Translations under genes and position numbers: made by a program
From: Elusimicrobiota bacterium
GTDB taxonomy: Bacteria; Elusimicrobiota; Elusimicrobia; FEN-1173
Assembly: GCA_016714745.1 (NCBI GenBank)
Contig: JADKCG010000002.1
Location: 25,161 to 89,160 of the forward strand
Length of the DNA: 64,000 nucleotides
Direction: 5' to 3'
The notes under the pieces: generated by a model
The model's input: only the letters and a program-made list of their open reading frames with translations
Database searches by the model: none
Told to the model about the DNA's origin: nothing
Shown here: one piece after another, positions 1 through 10,545 of the stretch
Layout of the letters: every line of letters starts with the position of its first letter
How positions within the stretch are numbered: the stretch's first letter is position 1

Positions 1-273
1 AGCCTCCTGATAGAGATCATAAAGCCGCTTCCCCTCCCACGGGGAACCTTGGCCAATGAGAAAACAGTCTTGGTCGGATTTAATGGTCAAGGTATCGGCT
101 GTATAGGTCTGCAGTTTGACAGCGTCCGCCCCCGCGGCCTTCGCTTCCTCCAAAATTTTTACCGCTTTGGAAAAATCTCCTTCATGGTTGGCTGACATCT
201 CAGCCACAATATAGGCAGGCGTTTCTTGACCAATAAGCCGATCATTGATCCTAATGGATCTTGGCACTGTCAT
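1..273 (-). CDS. pseI: pseudaminic acid synthase (NeuB family), N-terminal 91 codons only; the gene runs off the left edge
   Basis: Own reverse-strand translation from the ATG at 273: MTVPRSIRINDRLIGQETPAYIVAEMSANHEGDFSKAVKILEEAKAAGADAVKLQTYTADTLTIKSDQDCFLIGQGSPWEGKRLYDLYQEA. The AEMSANH and LQTYTADT...W.G..LY.LY.EA pattern is typical of PseI. The start overlaps the stop of the upstream ORF. Confidence 0.8.
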   Translation of the reverse strand, partial: MTVPRSIRINDRLIGQETPAYIVAEMSANHEGDFSKAVKILEEAKAAGADAVKLQTYTADTLTIKSDQDCFLIGQGSPWEGKRLYDLYQEA

Positions 274-1045
274 CTCTCCGCTTGACCTCAGACTCCTCCA
301 ACAACTGAAGTTGCAAAAAAACCTTTCGGCCTTTGTGCTTAAAATAGGCCCCTGGATAAGGAGGGAAAGTTCGCGCCCGAATAATGTTGATGAGATCTTT
401 TGCCACATAAGATCGATTTAAATCAATTTCATCAATTCTTTCCACATCCGAAACTCGGTGAAGAGTACCCACACCTTTTTGCTGAAAAGCGCGCCAAGGA
501 TGACCTGTGTTCCGCAAGCCAACCCAGGATTCCTGGAAAAGATGGAGACTCTCTATCTCCAAACGCCGATAAAGGCTCTCTCCCGTATCGCACACTTCAG
601 AGGGAACAGGTCTCTGGGCAATAATGTTTCCGGTGTCCACACCTTCGTCCATGAAGTGAAGAGTGACCCCCGCGGGCGTTTCTTCCACCAGACTCCACAC
701 ATTTGGATAAGCCCCCTTATTAAAAGGAAGATAACTGGGATGTAAATTGATACATCCTCGAGGGAAAAGACTCAGGATTTCTTTTCGCAAGACATAGCCG
801 AAGCCGACAGAAATCCCTATGTCAGGCTTCAATGCTTTGAGGGCGGACTGTGTTTCCGATTTTCTTAATACAGTTCCTTCAAACACTTGGCAAGTATCGG
901 GATCAATTAAAGAAAGGATTTCCTTAGCATGGCGTCCTCGCTCAGGAGGGTGAATGACCAATCCAACAATTTGTTCTCCCTGTTCCTTCAACCACCGGAG
1001 GACTTTGTATCCGATGGTGTTATTCCCAAAGTAGATAATTCGCAT
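251..1045 (-). CDS. formyltransferase-domain protein (Fmt/PurN-like fold) in a sugar context
   Basis: 264 aa ORF. MRIIYFGNN N-terminus, HPSYLPFNKG (HxSLLPxxRG-type motif) and MDEGVDTGNII (DxGxDTG motif). Sits between pseG and pseI. Confidence 0.7.
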   Translation of the reverse strand: MRIIYFGNNTIGYKVLRWLKEQGEQIVGLVIHPPERGRHAKEILSLIDPDTCQVFEGTVLRKSETQSALKALKPDIGISVGFGYVLRKEILSLFPRGCINLHPSYLPFNKGAYPNVWSLVEETPAGVTLHFMDEGVDTGNIIAQRPVPSEVCDTGESLYRRLEIESLHLFQESWVGLRNTGHPWRAFQQKGVGTLHRVSDVERIDEIDLNRSYVAKDLINIIRARTFPPYPGAYFKHKGRKVFLQLQLLEESEVKRRDDSAKIH

Positions 1046-2101
1046 TTAAGCCATCCCTAAAGCGGCCATTGCTCTTACCACTCGACTGGCCCCACGCCCA
1101 TCGACAAGGCGACGCCCACAAGAAGCCATTTTCTGTTTCTGCGCCACAGATTTGAGAAGAAACAATAATTTTCGTTGGATATTGCCTGAAAACAATTTTT
1201 TTACGTGACCCAAATTCAAAGACGCCCCTATTCGATGTAAAGAACGGGCGATCTTGGTTTGATTTTCAGCCTGCACAATCAGAAGGGCCGGAAGGCCCAA
1301 ACGCGCGATCTCCCAGACAATACTGCCCGCCGCCACGATGGCCACATCGGCCCTCGCCAGCAGTTCCGCCATATTGGGTGGGTTTCGTCGAATACGGACG
1401 CGATGGAGACCTGCCAACGGAAGGAATCCAATCAGCGTTTCTTCCCGCTGATAACCTCCGCCCAAGATCACATCGATCTCCAAAGCAGGAGCAGGAACGC
1501 TTTTCAGAGCGCTTAATACTATTTTTGTCATGTTGTGGTGATCTGTTCCTCCACCAAATATCAACACCTGATTTCGTTTAGATCTCGAGACCCTTCGCTG
1601 ACGGGAAGGCCCGAACTCTTCCCGCAACATCGCAAACCGGGGGCCCAGAAACATGCGGGTTTGAGCCTCGACGTGCGGATAGAGGCTTGGCTGGGCATGG
1701 AGATTTTGATTGATAATAATGTCTGAGAAACAATACCCGGAACTGCCCAGGTCGTCAACCCACAAAACACGAAATCCGCTTTTTTTTAAAATCTCGCGAT
1801 ACGACGAGTCAAATTGATATCCATCCACCACCACCCATCGAGCCCCAAACTTCCCCGCCGCGGCCGCTGTTTTCACAGCATCGGCCCGACCGCCCGGACG
1901 AACGCGCAGATGAACATGGCGGAACTTCTCTTGACGTATTTTAGCCAAAAGAGAGGGAAGATTGTTTGCTGTCAGGAAAACGACCCGGCCTCCCCGGGCG
2001 CGCCAGGCTTGTCCCAAAGCGATACATCGCATGATATGCCCAGTTCCCATGACAGGACCGGCATCGGCTCGAATCACTAAGACGGGGGAATCGGTCTTCA
2101 T
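1046..2101 (-). CDS. pseG: UDP-2,4-diacetamido-2,4,6-trideoxy-beta-L-altropyranose hydrolase (PseG-like)
   Basis: VLVIRADAGPVMGTGHIMRCIALGQAW N-terminus is typical of PseG/SpsG, and the rest looks GT-B-like. I prefer the ATG at 2101 (MKTDSPV) over the GTG at 2113 used in the ORF track. Confidence 0.7.
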   Translation of the reverse strand: MKTDSPVLVIRADAGPVMGTGHIMRCIALGQAWRARGGRVVFLTANNLPSLLAKIRQEKFRHVHLRVRPGGRADAVKTAAAAGKFGARWVVVDGYQFDSSYREILKKSGFRVLWVDDLGSSGYCFSDIIINQNLHAQPSLYPHVEAQTRMFLGPRFAMLREEFGPSRQRRVSRSKRNQVLIFGGGTDHHNMTKIVLSALKSVPAPALEIDVILGGGYQREETLIGFLPLAGLHRVRIRRNPPNMAELLARADVAIVAAGSIVWEIARLGLPALLIVQAENQTKIARSLHRIGASLNLGHVKKLFSGNIQRKLLFLLKSVAQKQKMASCGRRLVDGRGASRVVRAMAALGMA

Positions 2102-2102
2102 A

Positions 2103-3140
2103 TCAACCGCCACGAGCAGAACGATCTTGAGATTTTAAAACCAAAATAAAGAGCCGAAAAACATGGCGACGAAGGGCGAGTAAAAAAGAAATGGCACGCG
2201 GGCCCGCCAAGGAAACAAAAAAAAGGCCGATGCTTGAAAACGACCGGAAAGAAAATCGTAAACTTTGGCAAAAATGTTGACGGGCTTGTAATGGGGCCCC
2301 TGCCGTTAACAACCGTAGACCACTTTGATAGAAAATGGAGGAGAGGGCTTCTTTTTTTACCTTCAGGGGAACATTTTCTTTTCGGGAGTGCCACAAAACC
2401 ACGCGGACGGAGTCTTTCCACATCGCTTCGAGCCGAGTCTGCATAGCGCTTTTATCATGAACCCGGTAGAACAATAAAGGTTCAGGAATATGGTGAAAGG
2501 GTTTCACTTGGACTGCGTTTAAGAAAAAATCCCAATCAACAACTCCTGCGGGATGGGAAAAACCGCCCCGCAGTCCACCCACACGTTCCCAAACATCTCG
2601 TTCGACCATTGCTGTGGAAGAAGCCACAAAATTATTTTTCAGTAAATGAAAGAATGGATTCTTTCCTGGAGACCCCGCGCGAACCTCGCGATATGCACCT
2701 TCAGATCGAACGCAAAAACAATCGCTGTAGAACAATCCCACGTCGGGATGTTTCAACGCGTAGTCATGGTACATTTCCAGCTTTTGGGGCGGCCAATAAT
2801 CATCGGCGTCAAGAAACGCCACATACCGACACCGCGTTAAAGAAAACCCCTCATTCCGTGCGGCCGCCAACCCCCCGTTCCGTTTTCGAATCAGTTTCGC
2901 CCGGTCGGCCAGCTTTTCCACCAACTCCCCTGTGCGATCCGTGGACCCATCGTCAATAACTATGATCTCATCGGGGGCACGCGTTTGTGCCCTTACGCTC
3001 TCGAGACACTGAGCGATATACGCCTCCGCATTGTAGGCAGGAATGACCACAGCAATGGTGATGGGGTTGTCCGGGGGGAAGGGCTTGGGTTGAGTCATCG
3101 ATCGTTCAACGGTTTTGTGACGCATAATCAATGAGCTCAA
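2103..3140 (-). CDS. family 2 glycosyltransferase
   Basis: VVIPAYNAEAYIAQCLESVRAQT...IIVIDDGSTDRT and FLDADD motifs (GT-A fold, DxD). Confidence 0.85.
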   Translation of the reverse strand: MSSLIMRHKTVERSMTQPKPFPPDNPITIAVVIPAYNAEAYIAQCLESVRAQTRAPDEIIVIDDGSTDRTGELVEKLADRAKLIRKRNGGLAAARNEGFSLTRCRYVAFLDADDYWPPQKLEMYHDYALKHPDVGLFYSDCFCVRSEGAYREVRAGSPGKNPFFHLLKNNFVASSTAMVERDVWERVGGLRGGFSHPAGVVDWDFFLNAVQVKPFHHIPEPLLFYRVHDKSAMQTRLEAMWKDSVRVVLWHSRKENVPLKVKKEALSSIFYQSGLRLLTAGAPLQARQHFCQSLRFSFRSFSSIGLFFVSLAGPRAISFLLALRRHVFRLFILVLKSQDRSARGG

Positions 3141-3149
3141 TGGATCGTA

Positions 3150-4073
3150 TCACTTGAGCTTCGGGGACCTGTCGTTAAGGAGAATCTTGGTTTTTGAATT
3201 CAACAACAACTTGACCATTCCTGTCACATTTCCAAAACATTTCAAAATAAACGTCTTTTTTCTAAACACAATCCATCGAACAATATTTTCTAATGCCTGA
3301 CCAACGCTCGCCCACCAAAAAAGCGGCATAGAGAGTTCAGAGTGTTTTTTCACAAAATTATATCTGTTGATGATCTGCATTTGGCCAAATGTATAATCCG
3401 CCACCCTGTCCCCAGGGGCGTGTAAATGCAAGACAGCGGCCTCTGCGACAACGTAAAGATCATATCTCTTCGAAACGTTGTAACTAAAATCAATGTCTTC
3501 CATGAGCCCATATCCTTCGTACCACTCATCAAACTTGAACGCAGAAAGCACCTGTCTCCTCCACATGGTTGCTCCGCCATACAACCAGTGGACCTGTTGC
3601 GTTGCTTTGATTGGGCAGTACATCGTGTTATACCCCGATCGCAATATTTGTCCCTCCGATTTGCAGTCAAGGAGAAATGGCCATTTGAGAACGTTTCCCC
3701 GACGGCGGACGGGATGGTTCACGATATTAAATCCCGCTCCACCAATACAGCCATCAGCGGTTGCCCAAAACCGCATCATGGCTTCCAATGCTCCGGGTTC
3801 AAATACAAGATCATCGTCCAGGAACCCAATGTGCTCGATGTTTGCATCAAGCTCGGCAATGCCCCTGTTGCGCGCCTCGGTGATCGATGATTTTTCGCGA
3901 AGATATTTGATCGGAATTCGTGTATGTTCACTGAGAAGAGGGTGAAGGTCGTGCGCACCTCCATCGACAATGACGATGGAGGTAGGCAAAACCGATTGCT
4001 GTTCTAAACTCTTCAGCAACCGCCCCATTTCGTGAGGCCTATTTTTTGTTGGTACAACAAAACCAAATTTCAT
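3150..4073 (-). CDS. family 2-like glycosyltransferase
   Basis: FVVPTKNRPHEMGRLLKSLEQQS...IVIVDGG and FLDDDL (DxD) motifs. Confidence 0.7.
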   Translation of the reverse strand: MKFGFVVPTKNRPHEMGRLLKSLEQQSVLPTSIVIVDGGAHDLHPLLSEHTRIPIKYLREKSSITEARNRGIAELDANIEHIGFLDDDLVFEPGALEAMMRFWATADGCIGGAGFNIVNHPVRRRGNVLKWPFLLDCKSEGQILRSGYNTMYCPIKATQQVHWLYGGATMWRRQVLSAFKFDEWYEGYGLMEDIDFSYNVSKRYDLYVVAEAAVLHLHAPGDRVADYTFGQMQIINRYNFVKKHSELSMPLFWWASVGQALENIVRWIVFRKKTFILKCFGNVTGMVKLLLNSKTKILLNDRSPKLK

Positions 4074-4082
4074 GGAATGTTC

Positions 4083-5867
4083 CTATTCAAGAAAGAGATG
4101 CATGGCGGCCTTTGTCACAGGCCCAAAATATTTACCAACGTACACCTGTGCCCGAGAAAATCGTTCTTGCCATTGTTCCTCGCTAAAAGATCGGACATCT
4201 GCCATGGCTTGAATAAAATCTTCTCTCGTGCGAACTGTCCATTTGGCATCGGATAGCTCAAAGAGAGGATCGGCATCTAGGAAATCGTCCACCGGGATAT
4301 GAAAAAGGGGTTTTCCGCGCTTCAGACAGTTAATGGCCAACGTGGATGAACTGTAGATGGCCACATCTGCCCAGTCAATCATTCGATCATGATCCAAAAA
4401 AGTGTCTTCAACAAATGGAAATTGGATTTTCGAACGAAGATCTTTGTTAAGAGGAATCATCGGGTGTGGACAAAGACAAAAGGAACATTCCATGCCTTTC
4501 TGATATATCGAATTGATAGCGGCAATCATTCGATGATAATAATCACGACTCGCTGAGAGCACCACCAGGAAACGAAGAGGCGCTTGACGCCGGTGTGTAT
4601 CAAAGACAGTGTTTCCCCGTTGCCTTAGGGCACAGCCGGTCTTCACGATTTCCCGAGGGAATAGCCCGAGGTCCACCAAAATCCGGCTCGTGATCTCACC
4701 AGAAGAAATGACCACATCCGGCAGAGGCATGCGGTCATTTTGAGAGCGAAAATATTCCGTATGCTTCCGTGTAATCGTAGCGTGCTGATATCCAATGATC
4801 CGAGTGTCTTTGCTGTGCGCTCGTATGACGCGCATATCCGAGCGTTCAAATCCTCGATTTTCATAAGGCAAAATAAACCGGTCGACGTCCCATCCTTCCA
4901 CAAGTTTTCTCGTCGCTCGCTCATTCATCACGCTCACCAAATATTGGTCCGACCTCACCTCATTCATGACACAGTCACGCACGATGCGTCGCATCGAAAT
5001 CCCACGGAACGGAGATGTCCGCAAAAACGAGAAGATCGTTTGGATCAACGCTCCCATCGCCTGAATGAAACTCCCGAAGAGTTCTGGGAGAGTGAGCCAT
5101 TGCTCTATGGAACAGACCAGTCCCTGGGCCGATCGCCGTGTCCCCCTAAGAAAATCGTGATACGAGTCGATCACATTCCCAATGACAAAAACGTTCCTTC
5201 TGTTTTCCTCCAGGAAATGAGGCAATTCTCCAAAATACAGATCGCGATAGCTCCCCTGCCCGTCAAAGGATCCTTTACTGATAACTGTTTTGATCACCAC
5301 CAGCCGCCGAAGGTCTTTGGACAATAAAAAATGCCCTGAAACACATTTCCGCCCCACCGCCATAAAAAATCCGTAAATCATCCTTCCAGGCAATAAGTCC
5401 GTCAGAAGCCGGCGGATCCATGATCGATTCACTGTGAAATCATGAATGGGGCGATGTTTCCAATTCGATCGTGTTTGCCGAATGACAACAGGGTCGTCCA
5501 CAACAAAAACAATGTCCTGGGAATAAGTTTCTAAAACGTGATTCAAACACGTTGCATAAAAAACATGTTCACAGAATCCCGTGGAATGCACTCGTTTGCC
5601 GGCCAGGCTCAGACGTTTCCAAATAACGGATTCTTGAGAATTGTTGAGTTCCCCCATCCATGCCACAATGTCCTCTCCAAAGCTTCGGTTGACGTTCAGA
5701 AAAACGTCCCGAACGGGAATGGGAGTCCCCCCAGCCATCGAAAGACTTTTTGCCACTTCGCCGGAAAGATACTCTTTCAAGACAAGATAGCGAAAGGGAC
5801 GAACGGGAATCTTTTTGAGAGCTTTCTGAACCCCCTTTAATGAGTTGACGAAAAAAACTCCATTCAT
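4083..5867 (-). CDS. large uncharacterised protein with a GT-B-like C-terminal half (candidate glycosyl or nonulosonate transferase)
   Basis: 594 aa ORF, start coupled by ATGA to the upstream gene. The C-terminal motif DWADVAIYSSSTLAINCLKRGKPLF resembles the GT-B donor-binding end. Architecture is shared with 26804..28852 and 35584..37530. Confidence 0.5.
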   Translation of the reverse strand: MNGVFFVNSLKGVQKALKKIPVRPFRYLVLKEYLSGEVAKSLSMAGGTPIPVRDVFLNVNRSFGEDIVAWMGELNNSQESVIWKRLSLAGKRVHSTGFCEHVFYATCLNHVLETYSQDIVFVVDDPVVIRQTRSNWKHRPIHDFTVNRSWIRRLLTDLLPGRMIYGFFMAVGRKCVSGHFLLSKDLRRLVVIKTVISKGSFDGQGSYRDLYFGELPHFLEENRRNVFVIGNVIDSYHDFLRGTRRSAQGLVCSIEQWLTLPELFGSFIQAMGALIQTIFSFLRTSPFRGISMRRIVRDCVMNEVRSDQYLVSVMNERATRKLVEGWDVDRFILPYENRGFERSDMRVIRAHSKDTRIIGYQHATITRKHTEYFRSQNDRMPLPDVVISSGEITSRILVDLGLFPREIVKTGCALRQRGNTVFDTHRRQAPLRFLVVLSASRDYYHRMIAAINSIYQKGMECSFCLCPHPMIPLNKDLRSKIQFPFVEDTFLDHDRMIDWADVAIYSSSTLAINCLKRGKPLFHIPVDDFLDADPLFELSDAKWTVRTREDFIQAMADVRSFSEEQWQERFSRAQVYVGKYFGPVTKAAMHLFLE

Positions 5868-6886
5868 TGTGGCTTGATTTCTCGCCTCTTTTGAGCAAAG
5901 ACCATCATATTGCTACTCAGCAGATGCCTTTGAAGAAAAGATTGAAAGTCGTCAACCGTCTTCTGCGGGGACCGAAATAACAAATCATGGATGAATGGGT
6001 TCACATCGCCGCATTCTCCAGACAAAATCTGATTCTTTAAAACTGTCACATCGAGAATTCCAGGGGTCATCTTTTTTGTCACCGTGAATCCCGCGCGAGA
6101 CAGCACTGCGTCAATGGTCCTAACATCAAAATAGTTCAGATGATTGGGACCATAGATGTTCTTGTATTTCTCACCTAAAACCATAATGTCAAAGCCCCCC
6201 CAGTTGGGCGTGGTCAATACCAGATGACCCTTCATGGTCATGATCGTGTTTATTTTCTGAAGAAAAGACAGGGGGCAAGAAATGTGCTCAATCGTCTCAA
6301 AGTTCATGAGAACCTCAAAGGGATTCTCTTTGTCGTTACGAAACTCCTCAAGGGCCGTCTGAAAAATATGGATTCCGTATTTCTTCCGGGCAATCCTACA
6401 GGCCTTCGGATCCGGATCCATTCCAAACAGATCGAACCCTGAATTTTTGAACAACGCCAACATCGTGCCGATGCTACAACCCACCTCGAGCAACCGACCG
6501 CATGTCACTTTCTTTCCTTTTAGATAGGCCAAAACGTCACGGGCTCTCGGCTTATAGAATAGATCTATCCTTTTTCTCTCGCTATCCAACAGGATATCTG
6601 AAAACATCTTCATCGCCTTTGATTCCCGATAATATTTGTCCAAAAGAGATTGTGGGGGACGAGGATTAACAAACAACATTCCGCATTTTCCACACTCTAT
6701 AAAGCTGAAGAGGCCCTTCTTGAACTTCAGGGATCCTCCCTTTTGCCCGCAATTGGGACAATCCACATGCACAAAGGTGGATATGTGTGGGGCGATGAGG
6801 ACCCGAATATCCTCCTCGACCAATCGATAATAGCGTTGCCTCAATGTGCGATTTCGGATTTGATCTTCGAGATCGTTCTTAGGCAC
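5864..6886 (-). CDS. class I SAM-dependent methyltransferase with an N-terminal zinc ribbon
   Basis: CPNCGQ...CGKCGMLFVNPRP (CxxC...CxxC) followed by LLEVGCSIGT (SAM-binding motif I). Confidence 0.8.
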   Translation of the reverse strand: MPKNDLEDQIRNRTLRQRYYRLVEEDIRVLIAPHISTFVHVDCPNCGQKGGSLKFKKGLFSFIECGKCGMLFVNPRPPQSLLDKYYRESKAMKMFSDILLDSERKRIDLFYKPRARDVLAYLKGKKVTCGRLLEVGCSIGTMLALFKNSGFDLFGMDPDPKACRIARKKYGIHIFQTALEEFRNDKENPFEVLMNFETIEHISCPLSFLQKINTIMTMKGHLVLTTPNWGGFDIMVLGEKYKNIYGPNHLNYFDVRTIDAVLSRAGFTVTKKMTPGILDVTVLKNQILSGECGDVNPFIHDLLFRSPQKTVDDFQSFLQRHLLSSNMMVFAQKRREIKPQ

Positions 6887-6898
6887 TCCAACGGCTCC

Positions 6899-8362
6899 TT
6901 ATGAGGATCTATACTTCTTAACCAATTCCAGCAACACGCCATCGTCCTCCTCTGCCTTTTTTAACAGAGGAAATTCTTCGCGTTTCACCTTGGTGTAGAG
7001 CATAAATGTTTTATAAAGATTTTTGATTTCCTTTTTCGATAGCTGTGGCATGGTAAGAACGCTTGTGTCGGCGGGATACTCGTATGTATCTCCTGTGGGA
7101 TCAAAAAAGCCATTATCTATACAAACTTTCCGCAATCGAGAACCCATGTAGGGTTGAAAAATACCGACCGAATAGGTCGCGGGTCGACAACGGCGAAACA
7201 GCTCAATGGTCTCAAAAATCAGCTCGCGGGTTTCGAACGGCAGACCGATCATGGCAAATGCTGAGGGAAGCACTTTGCTTCGATGAAATATATCGAAGGC
7301 CTCAACAATTCGGTCGTTGGACATCCTCCTATTCAAAACCTCCGCCCGGAACTTCTCGTTGCCCACCTCAATGCCAATCGTCATCAAATAGCACCCCATG
7401 TCCTCAACAATGCGAACTTTTTCTTCGGTCACAGACTGGGGGTGTGTCATGGCATAGAAAGGAATCTTGACGTGACGTTTGTACTCGTGCGCCAACTCCT
7501 TAAGCAAATTGATATTGATCGAAAGGAATGTTTCGTCAAGAAAGTAGAACATCTCGACGTTATACGTGTCCCTTAAAAAGACCAAATCCTCTATGGTCTT
7601 TGAAACGCTCTTGTGGCGAAGATATTTGTGGGGCCCCGTTAAATTGCGCAACGCCGTGCATGAGCAATAATGGCACGAATAGGGGCACCCTCGGCTGAAT
7701 TCGACGGACCCTATCCTCCGAACCCGGCCGTTTAAAGGGGTGTAAATGTGTTGCTCAGAAAACAAACTCCAATCCAAAACAGGAAGACTGTTGAGAGATA
7801 CCAGCTCCCGAAGGGGATTCTTGAATATTTCGCCATTCTGCTTGATCCAGAGGTTCTTGACACCCACAATACTTTGTTTCTTGTCCATACGCTCCAAAAG
7901 TTCTTCCATGGCCAACTCGCCTTCGCCAATGCAAAGCATATCGACACACGATTCGGCGATCACATCCTTAGGGCAAAGAGAGGGATGGAGTCCGCCGAAA
8001 ATAATAGGAGTCCCAGGGTGCTCCGCCTTGACCTTACGAGCCAGGCGAAGAGCTAAATAGTATTGAGCCGAAAGCGTTGAAAAACCCACGATATCCGGGC
8101 GAAATTCGGAAATTCGACGGATCAGGGCGGTTTCCATATCGCCGTCCTCATAGGCCAGGGCGACTGGATTTTCCACCGGCTTATAGAGACCAAATTTTTC
8201 TCCGATAATCGTACGGTTCTTATTTACAAACTCTCGGAAAAAAGTGGAGTCAAAAATTTCAACGGTGTGTCCCAAGGACTTAATGTAGCTCGCCAAGTTG
8301 GTCAGCCCAATCGGGTAGGAACCTCGCATCGCCGTATTCAGATAAACAAACAGAATTTTCAT
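6899..8362 (-). CDS. B12-binding-domain radical SAM protein
   Basis: N-terminal Rossmann-like MKILFVYLN...DIVGFS...IIFGGLHPS, then SRGCPYSCHYCS (CxxxCxxC). Confidence 0.85.
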   Translation of the reverse strand: MKILFVYLNTAMRGSYPIGLTNLASYIKSLGHTVEIFDSTFFREFVNKNRTIIGEKFGLYKPVENPVALAYEDGDMETALIRRISEFRPDIVGFSTLSAQYYLALRLARKVKAEHPGTPIIFGGLHPSLCPKDVIAESCVDMLCIGEGELAMEELLERMDKKQSIVGVKNLWIKQNGEIFKNPLRELVSLNSLPVLDWSLFSEQHIYTPLNGRVRRIGSVEFSRGCPYSCHYCSCTALRNLTGPHKYLRHKSVSKTIEDLVFLRDTYNVEMFYFLDETFLSININLLKELAHEYKRHVKIPFYAMTHPQSVTEEKVRIVEDMGCYLMTIGIEVGNEKFRAEVLNRRMSNDRIVEAFDIFHRSKVLPSAFAMIGLPFETRELIFETIELFRRCRPATYSVGIFQPYMGSRLRKVCIDNGFFDPTGDTYEYPADTSVLTMPQLSKKEIKNLYKTFMLYTKVKREEFPLLKKAEEDDGVLLELVKKYRSS

Positions 8363-10545
8363 AGTGCTCTGGTTCCTGGTTCCCCTTGTTCTTTGTCCGC
8401 ATACAAGATCGAGCGGCGCATGTTGGAGGAAACCATGACGGAGTAATAGTACTCGTACTTCTCCGCATTGGAGCGAAAACGTTCGGTTTCTTTTAAGAAT
8501 TTTTCATGCTCATCAATGTTTCGAACGACCAGGGCAAATAATCGGGGTTCAGGCAGGGCAAAACGTGAAAGAGGAGACTCGTAATTTCCATCCGCCCATG
8601 CCTTCAAGTCGAAATGAAACGGCACGGTCACGACACGCTCGTTTTTCTCAAGTGGGCTAATGATGCACTCTGGTTGAAGCCGTGCCAGATCATCTAGAAT
8701 GGCGTGAAAAGATTTATTTTGTTCATCGTCGTGTTGCGCATCTATTCTTTTGCGGGAAATCTCTTTGGCGGCATCGACGACTTCGTTGACGAACACAAAT
8801 TTATTTTCAAGCCCAAGGACCTTCGCCATCGTTAATTGGATATGCCGGTTCCAATAAAATCGGTCCACATTTCCATATTCCTCGATATGGCGCCCCAGCT
8901 TTTCTTCAAGCTTTTGAGGGGTCTCGAAAAAGAGGGGTTTTATGCTTTCGATGTATTCTGACAAAATCGTCTGGTGGAATGGGTAACGGTCGGGGTGGGC
9001 GACCAATTCATCATAGATGTCTAACGGGGAGACATTGTTCGTCAGACAATGCATAATAATTTCCTTGAGATAGGCCGCCGCGTAGGCCACCCCCCCCCAG
9101 AGCTTGAAGCGGTAAAGTTCAAAAAACTCATCTTCTGTCATATCTGAGTGTTCAACGACAAGCTCGTCCATTTCGAAGACCCACCTCCCGTCGATCTTCG
9201 TGACGTCTTTTTCAATGAGGGCAAATTTGGTCCTGAATTTATACGCGCGGCGATCCTCTGCCGTATACAACTCAGAACCCTTGATCAGGTAAAGGGCACC
9301 CATATAGACACTGTCCAGACGCAGTTGGACTGCGCTTAGAAATGAGTTTTTGAACGAAGCGAGGGATTCTTTGGGAAGGCCGGAGATGAGCTCTGTTGAG
9401 GTGACGATCCCGTTCTCACGAGCATAAGCAACCATCTCCCGGACTTTCTCCATGGACATATTGCCTCTCTTGATGGTTTTCAATGTGTCCCGGTTGAGAG
9501 ATTGAAAGCTCATATTCAGGGGAAGGATTTCTTTCATAAGGAGAGCCATGGCCTTGATATTTTCAAAAGGCCCCCCCGCCGAGTAATAAACCCTTAGGCT
9601 TGATGGGTAACCGGTCTCTTTTCGCAATGCATGAAGAAACTCCGCCAGTTCCACATCTTTTTTCGCTATCCCCCAATTGGGGTCGGCGATACGCAAGACC
9701 GTATTTGGATAATTGTTTTTTAGATACAGAATTTCTTCTTTGGAATAGGGAAGGGAGTGCCGCCTCATCTTGCCTTCATTCAGCCCGACAGTACAGAATG
9801 TGCACCGAAATGGGCACCCACGCGTTGTTTCAATCTGCGGAAGCAACCGATACTGATCCATAAACCCCTTGAATATCCCCGACGAATAGGGGGAAGGAAT
9901 ACGATCCAAGTCATACAATATCTCTGGAGCAGGCCCTCGAATAATTTCATTACTGACCATGGAACTGCACCCCGGAACAGCCGCACTTTTCACCGCTTCC
10001 CTGTCCCCCGTTTCCAAATACTTTGCCACCAAATCCCCCATGGGGATTTCCCCATCGCCATGGATAATCACATCGATATTTGGATAGTGAATCAACAGAT
10101 CATAATCAGTGTAAACGGGCCATGTGAAGGTGTGAAAATCCTGTTGGGTAGATGTGCAGACATCAGGAACGTTGACTTTCGCGCCATTATCGAAGGGGAA
10201 ACCACTGGTCTTTTCTTGTCCATAAGGGCTTATATTGGCTCCCCCAAAAACAATAAGGGCGTCTGGGCAAGCCGCACGGACGGCTCTGGCCGCTACCAAC
10301 GTGAGATAGTCATTCCAAGAGAAATAACCGAAACCCACAATATCTGGCTGTTTCTCTTGAATGGCGGCCAACAGATCTCCGTAAGTTCTGAAGAGACGCA
10401 ATTGGATCCTCTCCCCAAATTTGGAATGGATAAAAGACCCGACCATTCCAAGCCCCAAGGGAAAGGTCCGCAGACTAAGGCCAAACCCATCATGGGAAAG
10501 TTCAGCAAGGTAAACAACCGTCTGGCGGTTTAGTCCTTTAGTCAT
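8359..10545 (-). CDS. B12-binding-domain radical SAM protein with a long C-terminal extension
   Basis: PDIVGFGYFSWN...IVFGGANISP, then TTRGCPFRCTFCTVG. 728 aa. ATGA overlaps on both sides. Confidence 0.85.
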   Translation of the reverse strand: MTKGLNRQTVVYLAELSHDGFGLSLRTFPLGLGMVGSFIHSKFGERIQLRLFRTYGDLLAAIQEKQPDIVGFGYFSWNDYLTLVAARAVRAACPDALIVFGGANISPYGQEKTSGFPFDNGAKVNVPDVCTSTQQDFHTFTWPVYTDYDLLIHYPNIDVIIHGDGEIPMGDLVAKYLETGDREAVKSAAVPGCSSMVSNEIIRGPAPEILYDLDRIPSPYSSGIFKGFMDQYRLLPQIETTRGCPFRCTFCTVGLNEGKMRRHSLPYSKEEILYLKNNYPNTVLRIADPNWGIAKKDVELAEFLHALRKETGYPSSLRVYYSAGGPFENIKAMALLMKEILPLNMSFQSLNRDTLKTIKRGNMSMEKVREMVAYARENGIVTSTELISGLPKESLASFKNSFLSAVQLRLDSVYMGALYLIKGSELYTAEDRRAYKFRTKFALIEKDVTKIDGRWVFEMDELVVEHSDMTEDEFFELYRFKLWGGVAYAAAYLKEIIMHCLTNNVSPLDIYDELVAHPDRYPFHQTILSEYIESIKPLFFETPQKLEEKLGRHIEEYGNVDRFYWNRHIQLTMAKVLGLENKFVFVNEVVDAAKEISRKRIDAQHDDEQNKSFHAILDDLARLQPECIISPLEKNERVVTVPFHFDLKAWADGNYESPLSRFALPEPRLFALVVRNIDEHEKFLKETERFRSNAEKYEYYYSVMVSSNMRRSILYADKEQGEPGTRAL

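Noticed and set aside
9757-10533. Long plus-strand ORFs. Examples: 9757-10533 (258 aa), 20587-21258 (223 aa), 39963-40655 (230 aa), 60610-61251 (213 aa), 23673-24266, 55248-55748 and 59833-60330.
   Set aside because: Each lies fully antisense to a minus-strand gene with clear family motifs (radical SAM, PseB, AlbA_2, L5 and so on). Their translations are low-complexity, Arg/Pro/Gly-rich and free of motifs. They are typical shadow ORFs.
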